NCBI GenBank assembly: GCA_038321425.1
Contig: JBBQEY010000001.1
Coordinates: 1-52,767 of the forward strand
DNA length: 52,767 bases
Origin: Burkholderiales bacterium
GTDB lineage: Bacteria; Pseudomonadota; Gammaproteobacteria; Burkholderiales; Casimicrobiaceae
Direction: 5' to 3'
Part shown: positions 12,075 to 22,111 of the stretch, one piece after another
How the letters are laid out: every line of letters begins with the position of its first letter
Position numbering within the stretch: the stretch's first letter is position 1
Notes under the pieces: generated by a model
Database searches by the model: none
What the model was told of the DNA's origin: nothing
What the model saw: only the letters and a program-made list of their open reading frames with translations
Program-made: the position numbers and the translations under genes

Positions 12075-13406
12075 GTGACCGATCTCTTCGCTGCCACCAC
12101 CGCGCCTGCGGCGGGTACGCCGTTGTCGGATGCGCCGCTGGCCGAGAGGCTGCGGCCGGCCACGTTCGCGGATGTGATCGGCCAGCGCCACCTGCTGGCG
12201 CCGGGCAAGCCGCTTGCAGTGGCCTTTGCCTCCGGCAAGATGCATTCGATGATCCTGTGGGGCCCGCCCGGCGTGGGCAAGACTACGCTGGCGCGGTTGA
12301 TGGCGGATGCCTTCAACGCCCAGTTCATCGCCATCTCGGCGGTGCTGGCGGGCGTGAAGGAAATCCGCGAGGCCGTGGCGCGGGCCGAGGCCGCGCGGTC
12401 ACAGCTGGGGCAGGCGACCATCATGTTCGTCGACGAGGTACACCGCTTCAACAAGTCGCAGCAGGATGCGTTTTTGCCCTTCGTCGAGCGTGGCACGCTT
12501 ACTTTCGTTGGGGCTACCACCGAGAATCCGTCCTTCGAAGTCAACGGCGCACTGCTATCGCGCGCCACCGTCTACGTACTGCAGCCGTTGAGCGCTGACG
12601 ATTTGGGCGTGTTGCTCGACCGCGCTCTGGCGATCGCCGCGCCGGCGGTCGACGTCGATGCGGCCGCGCGTGAGGCATTGATTGCCTCCGCCGATGGCGA
12701 TGGACGGCGCCTCGTCAACGTCGTCGAGCAGCTGGCGGTGGCGGCTGCGGAGCTGAAGGTGTCGGCCATCGACGTGCCGTTTGTCGAGAATGCCATTGCC
12801 CGCAGCCTGCGCCGCTTCGACAAGGGGGGCGACGCGTTCTACGACCAGATCTCGGCGTTGCACAAATCGGTGCGCGGCTCCGACCCCGATGCGGCGCTCT
12901 ACTGGATGTGCCGGATGCTCGATGGCGGCGCCGACCCGCGCTATGTCGCGCGGCGTTTGATCCGGATGGCCAGCGAAGATATCGGGATGGCCGATCCCCG
13001 CGCATTGCGGCAGGCGCTCGATGCCGCCGAGGCGTACGAGCGCCTGGGCACGCCGGAAGGCGAACTGGCGCTTGCACAATGTGTGCTGTACCTGGCGGTG
13101 GCGCCGAAATCGAACGCCGCCTACATGGCGTACAACGCGGCACGCGCGTTCATTGGTGCCGACGGCTCACGCCCGGTGCCGATGCGTCTGCGCAACGCGC
13201 CGACCAAGATGATGAAGTCGATGGGCTTCGGCGACGGCTACCGCTATGCGCACGACGAGCAGGATGCGTACGCGGCCGGCGAAACCTATCTGCCGGATGC
13301 CATGACGCCGCAGGATTTCTATACGCCGACGGACCGGGGCCTCGAAGCCCGCATCCGCGAACGTTTGGCGCTTCTGCGCTTGCGCGACCGCGACGCCGGC
13401 AAGTAA
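12075..13406 (+). CDS. rarA: Replication-associated recombination protein A
   Basis: PLAERLRP, LWGPPGVGKTT, DEVHRFNKSQQD, YDQISALHKSVRGSDPDA; probable GTG start. Confidence 0.96.
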   Translation: MTDLFAATTAPAAGTPLSDAPLAERLRPATFADVIGQRHLLAPGKPLAVAFASGKMHSMILWGPPGVGKTTLARLMADAFNAQFIAISAVLAGVKEIREAVARAEAARSQLGQATIMFVDEVHRFNKSQQDAFLPFVERGTLTFVGATTENPSFEVNGALLSRATVYVLQPLSADDLGVLLDRALAIAAPAVDVDAAAREALIASADGDGRRLVNVVEQLAVAAAELKVSAIDVPFVENAIARSLRRFDKGGDAFYDQISALHKSVRGSDPDAALYWMCRMLDGGADPRYVARRLIRMASEDIGMADPRALRQALDAAEAYERLGTPEGELALAQCVLYLAVAPKSNAAYMAYNAARAFIGADGSRPVPMRLRNAPTKMMKSMGFGDGYRYAHDEQDAYAAGETYLPDAMTPQDFYTPTDRGLEARIRERLALLRLRDRDAGK

Positions 13407-13447
13407 CGGCGCGGGCGAGGGTGCATGCAACCCTCTGATAGAATTGA

Positions 13448-14911
<1,464 letters not shown>

Positions 14912-14988
14912 TCCAATGCAACGCAACGGTACCCCTGCAAGGCCAGAGCATTGCCTACCGATTGCTTCACGCAGTCTTCCGGCAAGCC

Positions 14989-16218
14989 TTACCGGAGGTT
15001 TCCGGTATGGCCCAGTGAATACCTGCCGGGCTGCGGCCACACGGTGAGGCCGTGGGGTTCCTTGCCGACGGGAATGATCTTCACTTCACCGCTGTCGGTG
15101 TTGAACACATACACGACGTTGTCGTAGCGACCGGACAGCCACAGCCACTTGCCGTCGGCGCTGACATTGCCCATGTCCGGGCTGCCACCGCCGGGGATCG
15201 GCCAGTTCGCCGTCACTTTCTGCGTCGCGAAATCGAGCACCGAGACACCGCCCTTGCCACCGGGCTTGCCATGGATGCGGTTCGAACCGCGATTGGCGAC
15301 ATACAGCTTCTTGCCGTCGCGGCTGGGATACAGCCCGTGGGTGCCCTTGCCGGTCTCGATGAAGCCGACCTGCCTGAACGTTTCTAAATCCACGACGTGC
15401 ACGCCGTCGGCCATCATGTCCGCGACGTAGAAGAGCTTGCCGTCGGGGGAGGACCGGATGTCCTGCGGCATCCCCTTCCACGTGGTGCAGATGATCTCGT
15501 CCTTGCCGTCCGGTCCCTTCACCACCTTGGTGGGCCGGCCGGGCTGGATCACCTGCGTGTAGCCGATCACCTTGCGGTTGACGAGGTCGATCTTGGCGAC
15601 CGTGCCGGCGAACTCGCAGGTGAAGATCGCGAAGCGCCCGTCCATCGAGAAGTCGGCGTGATTGATGCCAGCACATTTCGGCACGTCGATCGAGTACTGG
15701 AGCGCCATCGTCTTCGGGTCGCGGAAGTCGAGGCGCTTCAGTGCTTCGGCCACGATGATCGCGGACTTCCCGTTCGGCGAAAAATACATGTTGTACGGGT
15801 CGTCGACGGGAATGGCCTTGCCCGCCTTGCCGGTCTTCGGGTCAATCGGGATCACGCTGCCCTTGGTCGTGTTTTCCGCATTGTTGGCTACCCACAACGT
15901 GCGCAGGTCCCATGACGGCACCACATGCTGCGGATTCAGGCCCACCTTTATTTTGCCGACGATGGTGAACGTCGCCGGATCGATGACGTAGACATCGTTC
16001 GACTGCACATGCGGCACATAGACGCGCGGCAGGTCTCCGGCGACGGCGGCACTCAACTTGGCGGCGGTTGTTTCACTGTACAGATTGGCGGGGTCTGCGA
16101 CGGGCGGCATGCCCGGCACCGTGGCGACGGCGGCGCGGGCTGCGATCTGCGCCCACGGCGTACCGGCGGCCAGCAACACGAGAAGGGTGGCGGCAATGCG
16201 GATCGTTGCGAACGACAT
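14989..16218 (-). CDS. YncE/YVTN-type secreted beta-propeller protein
   Basis: Signal peptide; repeated blades (VYVIDP...IKVGLNPQHV, SPDGKLFYVA, SRDGKKLYVANRGSN, IPVGKEPHGL). Confidence 0.88.
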   Translation of the reverse strand: MSFATIRIAATLLVLLAAGTPWAQIAARAAVATVPGMPPVADPANLYSETTAAKLSAAVAGDLPRVYVPHVQSNDVYVIDPATFTIVGKIKVGLNPQHVVPSWDLRTLWVANNAENTTKGSVIPIDPKTGKAGKAIPVDDPYNMYFSPNGKSAIIVAEALKRLDFRDPKTMALQYSIDVPKCAGINHADFSMDGRFAIFTCEFAGTVAKIDLVNRKVIGYTQVIQPGRPTKVVKGPDGKDEIICTTWKGMPQDIRSSPDGKLFYVADMMADGVHVVDLETFRQVGFIETGKGTHGLYPSRDGKKLYVANRGSNRIHGKPGGKGGVSVLDFATQKVTANWPIPGGGSPDMGNVSADGKWLWLSGRYDNVVYVFNTDSGEVKIIPVGKEPHGLTVWPQPGRYSLGHTGNLR

Positions 16219-16303
16219 CAGCGGAGGCTCCGGCGCGGAAGGCGAAAAGTGCGCAATGGTAGCTGAATGCGCGGGGACCGGATGGTTTGCCTGACACCAG
16301 AGA

Positions 16304-17116
16304 CTACGGGCGCCGCGTCGCCTGGGTGATTGCCGCAACGGTCGCAGCGACAATCGCATCCACGCCCGCCCGGCCGAGTTCGGCCGTGGCGCGGCGCGGA
16401 TCGCCGGCGACGCCCGACGCGGGCACGGGCGCCGCGCCGCGCTGGATGTCGCTGCGCACCATGTCCGGCGCCAGCGCCAGCGTCAATGCGGTATCGGGCA
16501 GTCCCGCGTGCCGGCCCGTCTCGGCGCTGGTGTAGCCCCCGGCCAGCAACTTCGCGTTGAATTTCGTCGTGGCGGCATCGTAGTACTCGCGGATGGCGTG
16601 CACGCGCACCGGCGTGCCGGCCCACCCGCGCGACAGCGCCGCCGCCACGGCGCGATTGTCGTCCTGGTAATCGCCCGAATCGCCGAGGAACACGATGTCG
16701 ACGAAGCCATGCAGCTTGAAGCTGCGCGCGGCGGAGTCGAGGATCGCGCGATACGCCGAGGCGGGTACGGTGATCGTGCCCGGAAAGCGCATATGGCCGG
16801 TAGGTGGCGCCAGCGCGCCTTCCGGCACGTACGCGATGACGGGCGCCACCAGCGCATTGCCGAGCTTGCCCGCGATCCTTTCCGCCAGCGCGGCGACGCG
16901 GCGATTGTGCTTGCCCAGCGCCATGTGCGGGCCGTTCTGCTCGGTGCCGCCGATCGGCACGATGATCGTCGTCTTGCCGTTGCGGATGGCGGCAGCCACT
17001 TCCGGCGACGTCAACTGTTCGAGCCAGACCGTGGAGGGTGGCGCGGCCGACAACGGCAGCCCCGCGGCCATCAAGCCGCAGGCAATGAACAATCGCAGCG
17101 CACGCATCGTTCGCAT
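16304..17116 (-). CDS. Creatininase-family protein with signal peptide
   Basis: LEQLTSPEV, IIVPIGGTEQNGPHMALG, GHMRFPGTI, HAGLPDT, SGVAGDPRRATAELG. Start at 17116 or 17107; the longer ORF-track start overlaps the SRP RNA. Confidence 0.85.
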   Translation of the reverse strand: MRTMRALRLFIACGLMAAGLPLSAAPPSTVWLEQLTSPEVAAAIRNGKTTIIVPIGGTEQNGPHMALGKHNRRVAALAERIAGKLGNALVAPVIAYVPEGALAPPTGHMRFPGTITVPASAYRAILDSAARSFKLHGFVDIVFLGDSGDYQDDNRAVAAALSRGWAGTPVRVHAIREYYDAATTKFNAKLLAGGYTSAETGRHAGLPDTALTLALAPDMVRSDIQRGAAPVPASGVAGDPRRATAELGRAGVDAIVAATVAAITQATRRP

Positions 17117-17153
17117 TGTAGGGCACGGCGGCGCGGTATAATCAGGGTCCCAC

Positions 17154-17250
17154 GGCGGGTCGCCCCGCATTGCATGGTCGTGAATCTGGTCAGGTCCGGA
17201 AGGAAGCAGCCACAGCGAAATCATGCAAGTGCCGGGATCACGGCTCGCCA
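17154..17250 (+). ncRNA. ffs: Signal recognition particle 4.5S RNA
   Basis: Conserved core GGTCAGGTCCGGAAGGAAGCAGCC inside a long hairpin; TATAAT at 17137-17142; upstream of dnaX. Confidence 0.95.
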
Positions 17251-17320
17251 CCTATTCGGCCGCCGCCGCTGCCGGGGTTCACTCGCCCCGGCAGCGCGCG
17301 AAACCGGCGATAATCCTGCC

Positions 17321-19033
17321 ATGAGTTACCAGGTCCTCGCCCGCAAGTGGCGTCCGATGAATTTCGCCCAGTTGTCGGGGCAGGAACACGTCGTCACCGC
17401 GCTGTCCAATTCGCTGACCAACGGCCGCGTGCACCACGCGTACCTGCTGACCGGCACGCGCGGCGTGGGCAAGACCACCATTGCCCGCATCCTCGCCAAG
17501 AGCCTCAATTGCCTGACGGGCGTCACCGCCACACCGTGCGGCGTGTGCGCCGCGTGCGTGGACATCGATGCCGGACGCTTCGTCGACCTGCTCGAACTCG
17601 ACGCCGCGTCGAACACCGGCATCGACAACATGCGCGAGATTCTCGACAACGCGCGCTACGCGCCCACGGCGGGCCGCTACAAGGTCTACCTGATCGACGA
17701 AGTGCACATGCTGTCGAAGGCGGCGTTCAACTCGATGCTGAAGACGCTCGAGGAGCCGCCCGAACACGTCAAGTTCGTGCTGGCCACGACCGACCCGCAG
17801 AAGATTCCGGTGACGGTGCTTTCACGCTGCCTGCAATTCAACCTGAAGCCGCTGACGCAGGCGCAGATCGCCGCGCGCATCACGTTCATCCTGGGCGAGG
17901 AGGGCGTGGCGTCCGAGCCCGCAGCCATCGCGCTGGTAGCGCGCGCCGCGCACGGGTCGCTGCGCGACGGATTGTCGCTGCTCGACCAGGCGATCGCCTT
18001 CGGTGGCGGCCGCGTGGCCGAGGACATCGTGCGCTCGATGCTGGGCGTCGTCGATCGCGAGCACGTCTACCGGATCGCCGATGCACTGGCCGCCGGCGAT
18101 GGTAGCGCGCTGCTGGCCGAATGCGACGCGCTGGCCGCGCGCGGGCTGTCGCTGCCCACGGCGCTCGACGAACTGGCCTCGCTCTGGCATCGCGTGGCCG
18201 TGGTGCAGACGGTGCCGGCCGCGGCGGCCGGTTACGACGATCGGGAACGCGTCGCGACGTACGCCACGCAATTCACGCCGGAACTGGTGCAGCTTTGCTA
18301 CCAGATCGCGACGCAGGGCCGGCAGGACCTGGGGTTGGCGCCCGATGAGCCCACCGGGTTCGCGATGACGCTGCTGCGGATGCTGGCGTTCCTGCCCGTT
18401 ACCGACAACGTCTCCGCCGCGACCGCGACCGAGCGTGCCGCCACCGCGGCGGCACCATCACGCCGGACCGCTGCCGTCTCGCGTCCACCACCTCCGCCGC
18501 CAACGGACGTCCCGGCAGCGACCGCCCCCGCCGCAACAGCGCGACCAGCCGTTGCCGCGGCAACCCTGCCCGCGCCAGCCGCCGCGGCCGCCCCACCACC
18601 CGAGCCCCCGCGTGAAACCGCACCGTTGCCGCTCGACCCCGCTGCGTGGCCCGCCTTCGTCGCCGACCTGAAGCTGACCGGCATGGGCGCCCAGCTCGCG
18701 GCGCAAAGCGAACTGAAGTCGATCAACGGCAACCTGATCACGCTGGCGCTGCCCGTGGCGCACAAGCACCTGGCCGATCGCATGGTGGCCGACAAATTCA
18801 AGGCGGCCCTCGAGCGCGCCACCGGCAGCAAGCTGATCCTTGCCTTCGAGGTGGGTGCCGCCGTGGAGCAATCGCTGGCCGCCACGGAGAAGCGCGAACG
18901 CACCGAGGCCCGCGAGAAGGGCGAGGCCGCCTTCCGCGACGAACCCTTTGTCCGCGAACTTCTCGCGCGCTTCGACGGTCAGGTCAAAACCGACACGATC
19001 ACGCCGCTGGCGCGAGACCCCGAATCCCCCTGA
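17321..19033 (+). CDS. dnaX: DNA polymerase III subunit gamma/tau
   Basis: MSYQVLARKWRP, GTRGVGKTT, Zn-finger Cys, DEVHMLS, Ala/Pro-rich linker. True start is 17321, not 16508. Confidence 0.97.
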   Translation: MSYQVLARKWRPMNFAQLSGQEHVVTALSNSLTNGRVHHAYLLTGTRGVGKTTIARILAKSLNCLTGVTATPCGVCAACVDIDAGRFVDLLELDAASNTGIDNMREILDNARYAPTAGRYKVYLIDEVHMLSKAAFNSMLKTLEEPPEHVKFVLATTDPQKIPVTVLSRCLQFNLKPLTQAQIAARITFILGEEGVASEPAAIALVARAAHGSLRDGLSLLDQAIAFGGGRVAEDIVRSMLGVVDREHVYRIADALAAGDGSALLAECDALAARGLSLPTALDELASLWHRVAVVQTVPAAAAGYDDRERVATYATQFTPELVQLCYQIATQGRQDLGLAPDEPTGFAMTLLRMLAFLPVTDNVSAATATERAATAAAPSRRTAAVSRPPPPPPTDVPAATAPAATARPAVAAATLPAPAAAAAPPPEPPRETAPLPLDPAAWPAFVADLKLTGMGAQLAAQSELKSINGNLITLALPVAHKHLADRMVADKFKAALERATGSKLILAFEVGAAVEQSLAATEKRERTEAREKGEAAFRDEPFVRELLARFDGQVKTDTITPLARDPESP

Positions 19034-19048
19034 CGGAGCACGACAAGC

Positions 19049-19351
19049 ATGATGAAGAACCAGATCGCCGCGATGATGCAGAAAGCGCAGAAGATACAGG
19101 AGGAACTGGCGGCCACCGAAGTGGAAGGCCAGTCCGGCGCCGGACTGGTCAAGGTCGTGATGACCGGCAAGCATGATGTGAAGCGGGTCTCGATCGATCC
19201 CTCGCTGCTCGCGGATGACCGCGACATGCTCGAGGACCTCGTGGCCGCCGCGTTCAACGACGCCGTGCGCCGCGTGGAATCCACGCAGCAGCAGAAGATG
19301 GCCGGTCTGACCGGCGGCATGCTGCCGCCCGGCTTCAAGCTGCCGTTCTAG
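19049..19351 (+). CDS. ybaB: Nucleoid-associated protein YbaB/EbfC
   Basis: [27 protein letters not shown]; between dnaX and recR. Confidence 0.96.
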   Translation: MMKNQIAAMMQKAQKIQEELAATEVEGQSGAGLVKVVMTGKHDVKRVSIDPSLLADDRDMLEDLVAAAFNDAVRRVESTQQQKMAGLTGGMLPPGFKLPF

Positions 19352-19362
19352 TCCCGCCGCAC

Positions 19363-19989
19363 GTGAACGACCGGCCTGCCGCACTGTACGAGCCACCGTC
19401 CAGCCTAGACAGTCTGGCGCGCGCGCTGCGCTGCCTGCCCGGGGTCGGCCCCAAGGCCGCCCAGCGGATGGCACTGCACTTGATGCAGCATGACCGCGAC
19501 GGCGCGCGCACGCTGGCCGGTGCGCTGGTGCAGGCCGCCACGTTGATCCGCCACTGCGATCGCTGCAATACGTTCACCGAGGAATCGACGTGCGCGCTGT
19601 GCCGGTCGGCCAAGCGCGATCACGGGTTGCTTTGCGTCGTGGAGACGCCGGCCGACCTGCTGATGGTCGAGCACACGCAATCCTACGCGGGTCTCTATTT
19701 TGTGCTGATGGGACGGCTGTCGCCGCTCGACGGGATCGGCCCCAAGGAGATCCGCCTCGACCGCTTGATGAAGCGCGCGCAGGACGGCGTGGTGCGCGAG
19801 GTGATCCTGGCCACGAATTTCACGAACGAAGGCGAAGCCACTGCGCACTACGTCGGTGAATTGCTGAAGGCGCGCGGCCTCACCGTCAGCCGGCTGGCGC
19901 GCGGCGTGCCGGTGGGTGGCGAACTCGAATACGTCGATGCGGGAACGCTGGCGCAGGCACTGCGCGAGCGCCGTCCGCTCGATGCCTGA
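19363..19989 (+). CDS. recR: Recombination mediator RecR
   Basis: [12 protein letters not shown]4 Zn finger, Toprim domain, [16 protein letters not shown]. Confidence 0.97.
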   Translation: MNDRPAALYEPPSSLDSLARALRCLPGVGPKAAQRMALHLMQHDRDGARTLAGALVQAATLIRHCDRCNTFTEESTCALCRSAKRDHGLLCVVETPADLLMVEHTQSYAGLYFVLMGRLSPLDGIGPKEIRLDRLMKRAQDGVVREVILATNFTNEGEATAHYVGELLKARGLTVSRLARGVPVGGELEYVDAGTLAQALRERRPLDA

Positions 19990-20197
19990 AACTTGTGCGT
20001 GACCGCACCGCGTCACGGCGAAATGCCGCAGCGCACAATGACGGCGCGCCGCGCGCCGCTATAATCATCAGCCGCATTGACCCCGGACCACCGGGGCGAA
20101 ATGCACCTTCACCGGGTCCCGGCGACACTAGAAAGCGCAGAGGACCGGATTTCCGGGGCCCGTGGAATCCCGTGGGCTCCCACCATTCGGAGGATTC

Positions 20198-21346
20198 ATG
20201 TCGCGCGAACCCAATACCAAGGCCGTTAAGCCTGCCCCTGCTGCACGCCGCAAATTCCTGACCGCCGCCTCCGGTGTTGTCGCCGGCAGCGCCACCCTCG
20301 GCTTCCCCATGATCGCAAAGGCGCAGGGGCCGATCACGATGCGCTGGCAAAGCACCTGGCCGGCCAAGGACATCTTCCACGAGTTCGCGCTCGACTATGC
20401 GAAGAAGGTCAACGACATGACCGGCGGCGATCTCAAGATCGAAGTGCTGCCGGCCGGCGCCGTGGTGCCGGCCTTCGGCCTGCTCGACGCGGTGTCGAAG
20501 GGCACGCTCGATGGCGGCCATGGCGTGCTCGTGTATCACTACGGCAAGCAGACCGCGCTGGCACTGTGGGGCTCCGGCCCGGCCTTTGGCATGGACGCCA
20601 ACATGCTGCTGTCGTGGCACAAGTATGGGGGCGGCAAGCAGCTGCTGGACAAGCTTTATGGCTCGATCAACGCCAACGTCGTGTCCTTCCCGTACGGCCC
20701 GATGCCGACGCAGCCGCTCGGCTGGTTCAAGAAGCCGGTGACCAAGGCCGACGACTTCAAGGGTCTCAAGTACCGCACTGTCGGCATCTCCATCGACGTC
20801 TTTACGGCACTTGGCGCCGCCGTCAATGCGCTGCCTGGTGGTGAAATCGTGCCGGCCCTGGACCGCGGCCTGCTCGATGCCGCCGAGTTCAACAATGCGT
20901 CGTCGGACCGCCTGCTGGGCTTCCCGGACGTGTCGAAGATCTGCATGCTGCAAAGCTTCCACCAGAACGCCGAGCAGTTCGAGATCATGTTCAACAAGAC
21001 CAAGTATGACGCGCTGCCGGAGAAGATGAGGGCCATCATCGCCAACGCGGTGGATGCGGCCTCGGCGGACATGGCCTGGAAGGCGATCGATCGCTACTCG
21101 AAGGATTACGGCGAAATGCAGAAGGTGCAGAACGTCAAGTTCTACAAGACCCCCGATGCGATCCTGCAAAAGCAGCTCGAGGCCTACGATACTGCCGCCG
21201 CGAAGAAGTCCGCCGAAAACCCGCTGTTCAAGGAAATCGTGGATTCGCAGAAGGCCTTTGCTGCGCGCACGGTCAAGTGGGAACTCGATACCGTGGTCAA
21301 CCGCCGCATGGCGTACAACCACTACTTCGCGCCGAAGAAGTCCTGA
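20198..21346 (+). CDS. dctP: TRAP transporter solute-binding protein (TakP-like, probably keto-acid/monocarboxylate), Tat signal
   Basis: RRKFL Tat motif, WQSTWP, QPLGWFKK, KGLKYRT, LPGGEIVPALDRGLLDAAEF; GGAGG RBS; TATAAT at 20060-20065. Confidence 0.9.
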   Translation: MSREPNTKAVKPAPAARRKFLTAASGVVAGSATLGFPMIAKAQGPITMRWQSTWPAKDIFHEFALDYAKKVNDMTGGDLKIEVLPAGAVVPAFGLLDAVSKGTLDGGHGVLVYHYGKQTALALWGSGPAFGMDANMLLSWHKYGGGKQLLDKLYGSINANVVSFPYGPMPTQPLGWFKKPVTKADDFKGLKYRTVGISIDVFTALGAAVNALPGGEIVPALDRGLLDAAEFNNASSDRLLGFPDVSKICMLQSFHQNAEQFEIMFNKTKYDALPEKMRAIIANAVDAASADMAWKAIDRYSKDYGEMQKVQNVKFYKTPDAILQKQLEAYDTAAAKKSAENPLFKEIVDSQKAFAARTVKWELDTVVNRRMAYNHYFAPKKS

Positions 21347-21364
21347 TGCACTGAAGTTGTTACG

Positions 21365-21406
21365 CGCGGCATCCGCCCGAATTTCCGGCGGATGCCGCGG
21401 CTTTCT
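21365..21406 (+). terminator. Intercistronic 13-bp stem-loop after the SBP gene
   Basis: CGCGGCATCCGCC (21365-21377) pairs with GGCGGATGCCGCG (21387-21399), followed by GCTTTCT; weak terminator or mRNA stabiliser. Confidence 0.6.
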
Positions 21407-21462
21407 CCTAACGCGTTCCGCGTGCGGCTCCCCGCAAGTCTCTGTTCTGGCAGGTTGGCTCC

Positions 21463-22086
21463 ATGCAAAATCTGTTGCTCACAATCGACCGAATCTCCAC
21501 CTGGGTCGGGCAGTTTTTCGCCTGGCTGATCGTGGCGCTCACCGCGCTGATCTCGTGGGAGGTATTTTCGCGCTATGTGATGAGCAACCCGCACGCGTGG
21601 TCCTTCGACGTGATGATCATGATGTACGGCACGCTGTTCATGATGGCGGGGGCCTACACGCTGGCGAAGAACGGCCATGTGCGCGGCGACGTGCTCTACG
21701 GTTTCTTCCCGCCGCGTCTGCAGGCAAGCCTCGATCTCCTGCTGTACATCCTGTTCTTCGTGCCTGGCGTCGTCGCCCTGGTGTGGGCCGGCTGGCGCTA
21801 TGCGGGGGAATCGTGGGTGATCCGCGAGCACTCCAACATCACGGCCGATGGACCGCCGATCTACCCGTTCAAGATGATCATCCCGCTGGCCGGGATCTTC
21901 CTGCTGCTGCAAGGGATGGCTGAAATGGCGCGCTGCGTGATCTGCCTGCGCAACGGACAGTGGCCGAGCCGCGACCGTGACGTCGAGGAAGTGGACGTCG
22001 ACAAGCTGAAGGAAATGGTGCACGTCAAGGACGCCGATATCGCAAGCCTCGATGCGCTGGTCGTGAAGCAGGAGGGCGCCCGTTGA
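21463..22086 (+). CDS. dctQ: TRAP transporter small permease
   Basis: 4 TM segments; GAYTLAKNGHVRGD; PIYPFK. Confidence 0.93.
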   Translation: MQNLLLTIDRISTWVGQFFAWLIVALTALISWEVFSRYVMSNPHAWSFDVMIMMYGTLFMMAGAYTLAKNGHVRGDVLYGFFPPRLQASLDLLLYILFFVPGVVALVWAGWRYAGESWVIREHSNITADGPPIYPFKMIIPLAGIFLLLQGMAEMARCVICLRNGQWPSRDRDVEEVDVDKLKEMVHVKDADIASLDALVVKQEGAR

Positions 22087-22111
22087 AGGCGCCGCGCATC
22101 GGGTTCATGCA

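Noticed and set aside
16508-17320. 270-aa N-terminal extension of DnaX in the ORF track
   Set aside because: It overlaps the creatininase-like gene and SRP RNA; the canonical MSYQVLARKWRP start is at 17321.
18400-18640. dnaX programmed frameshift signal or repeat element
   Set aside because: No A-AAA-AAG or poly-A slippery site seen; this is an ordinary Ala/Pro linker.
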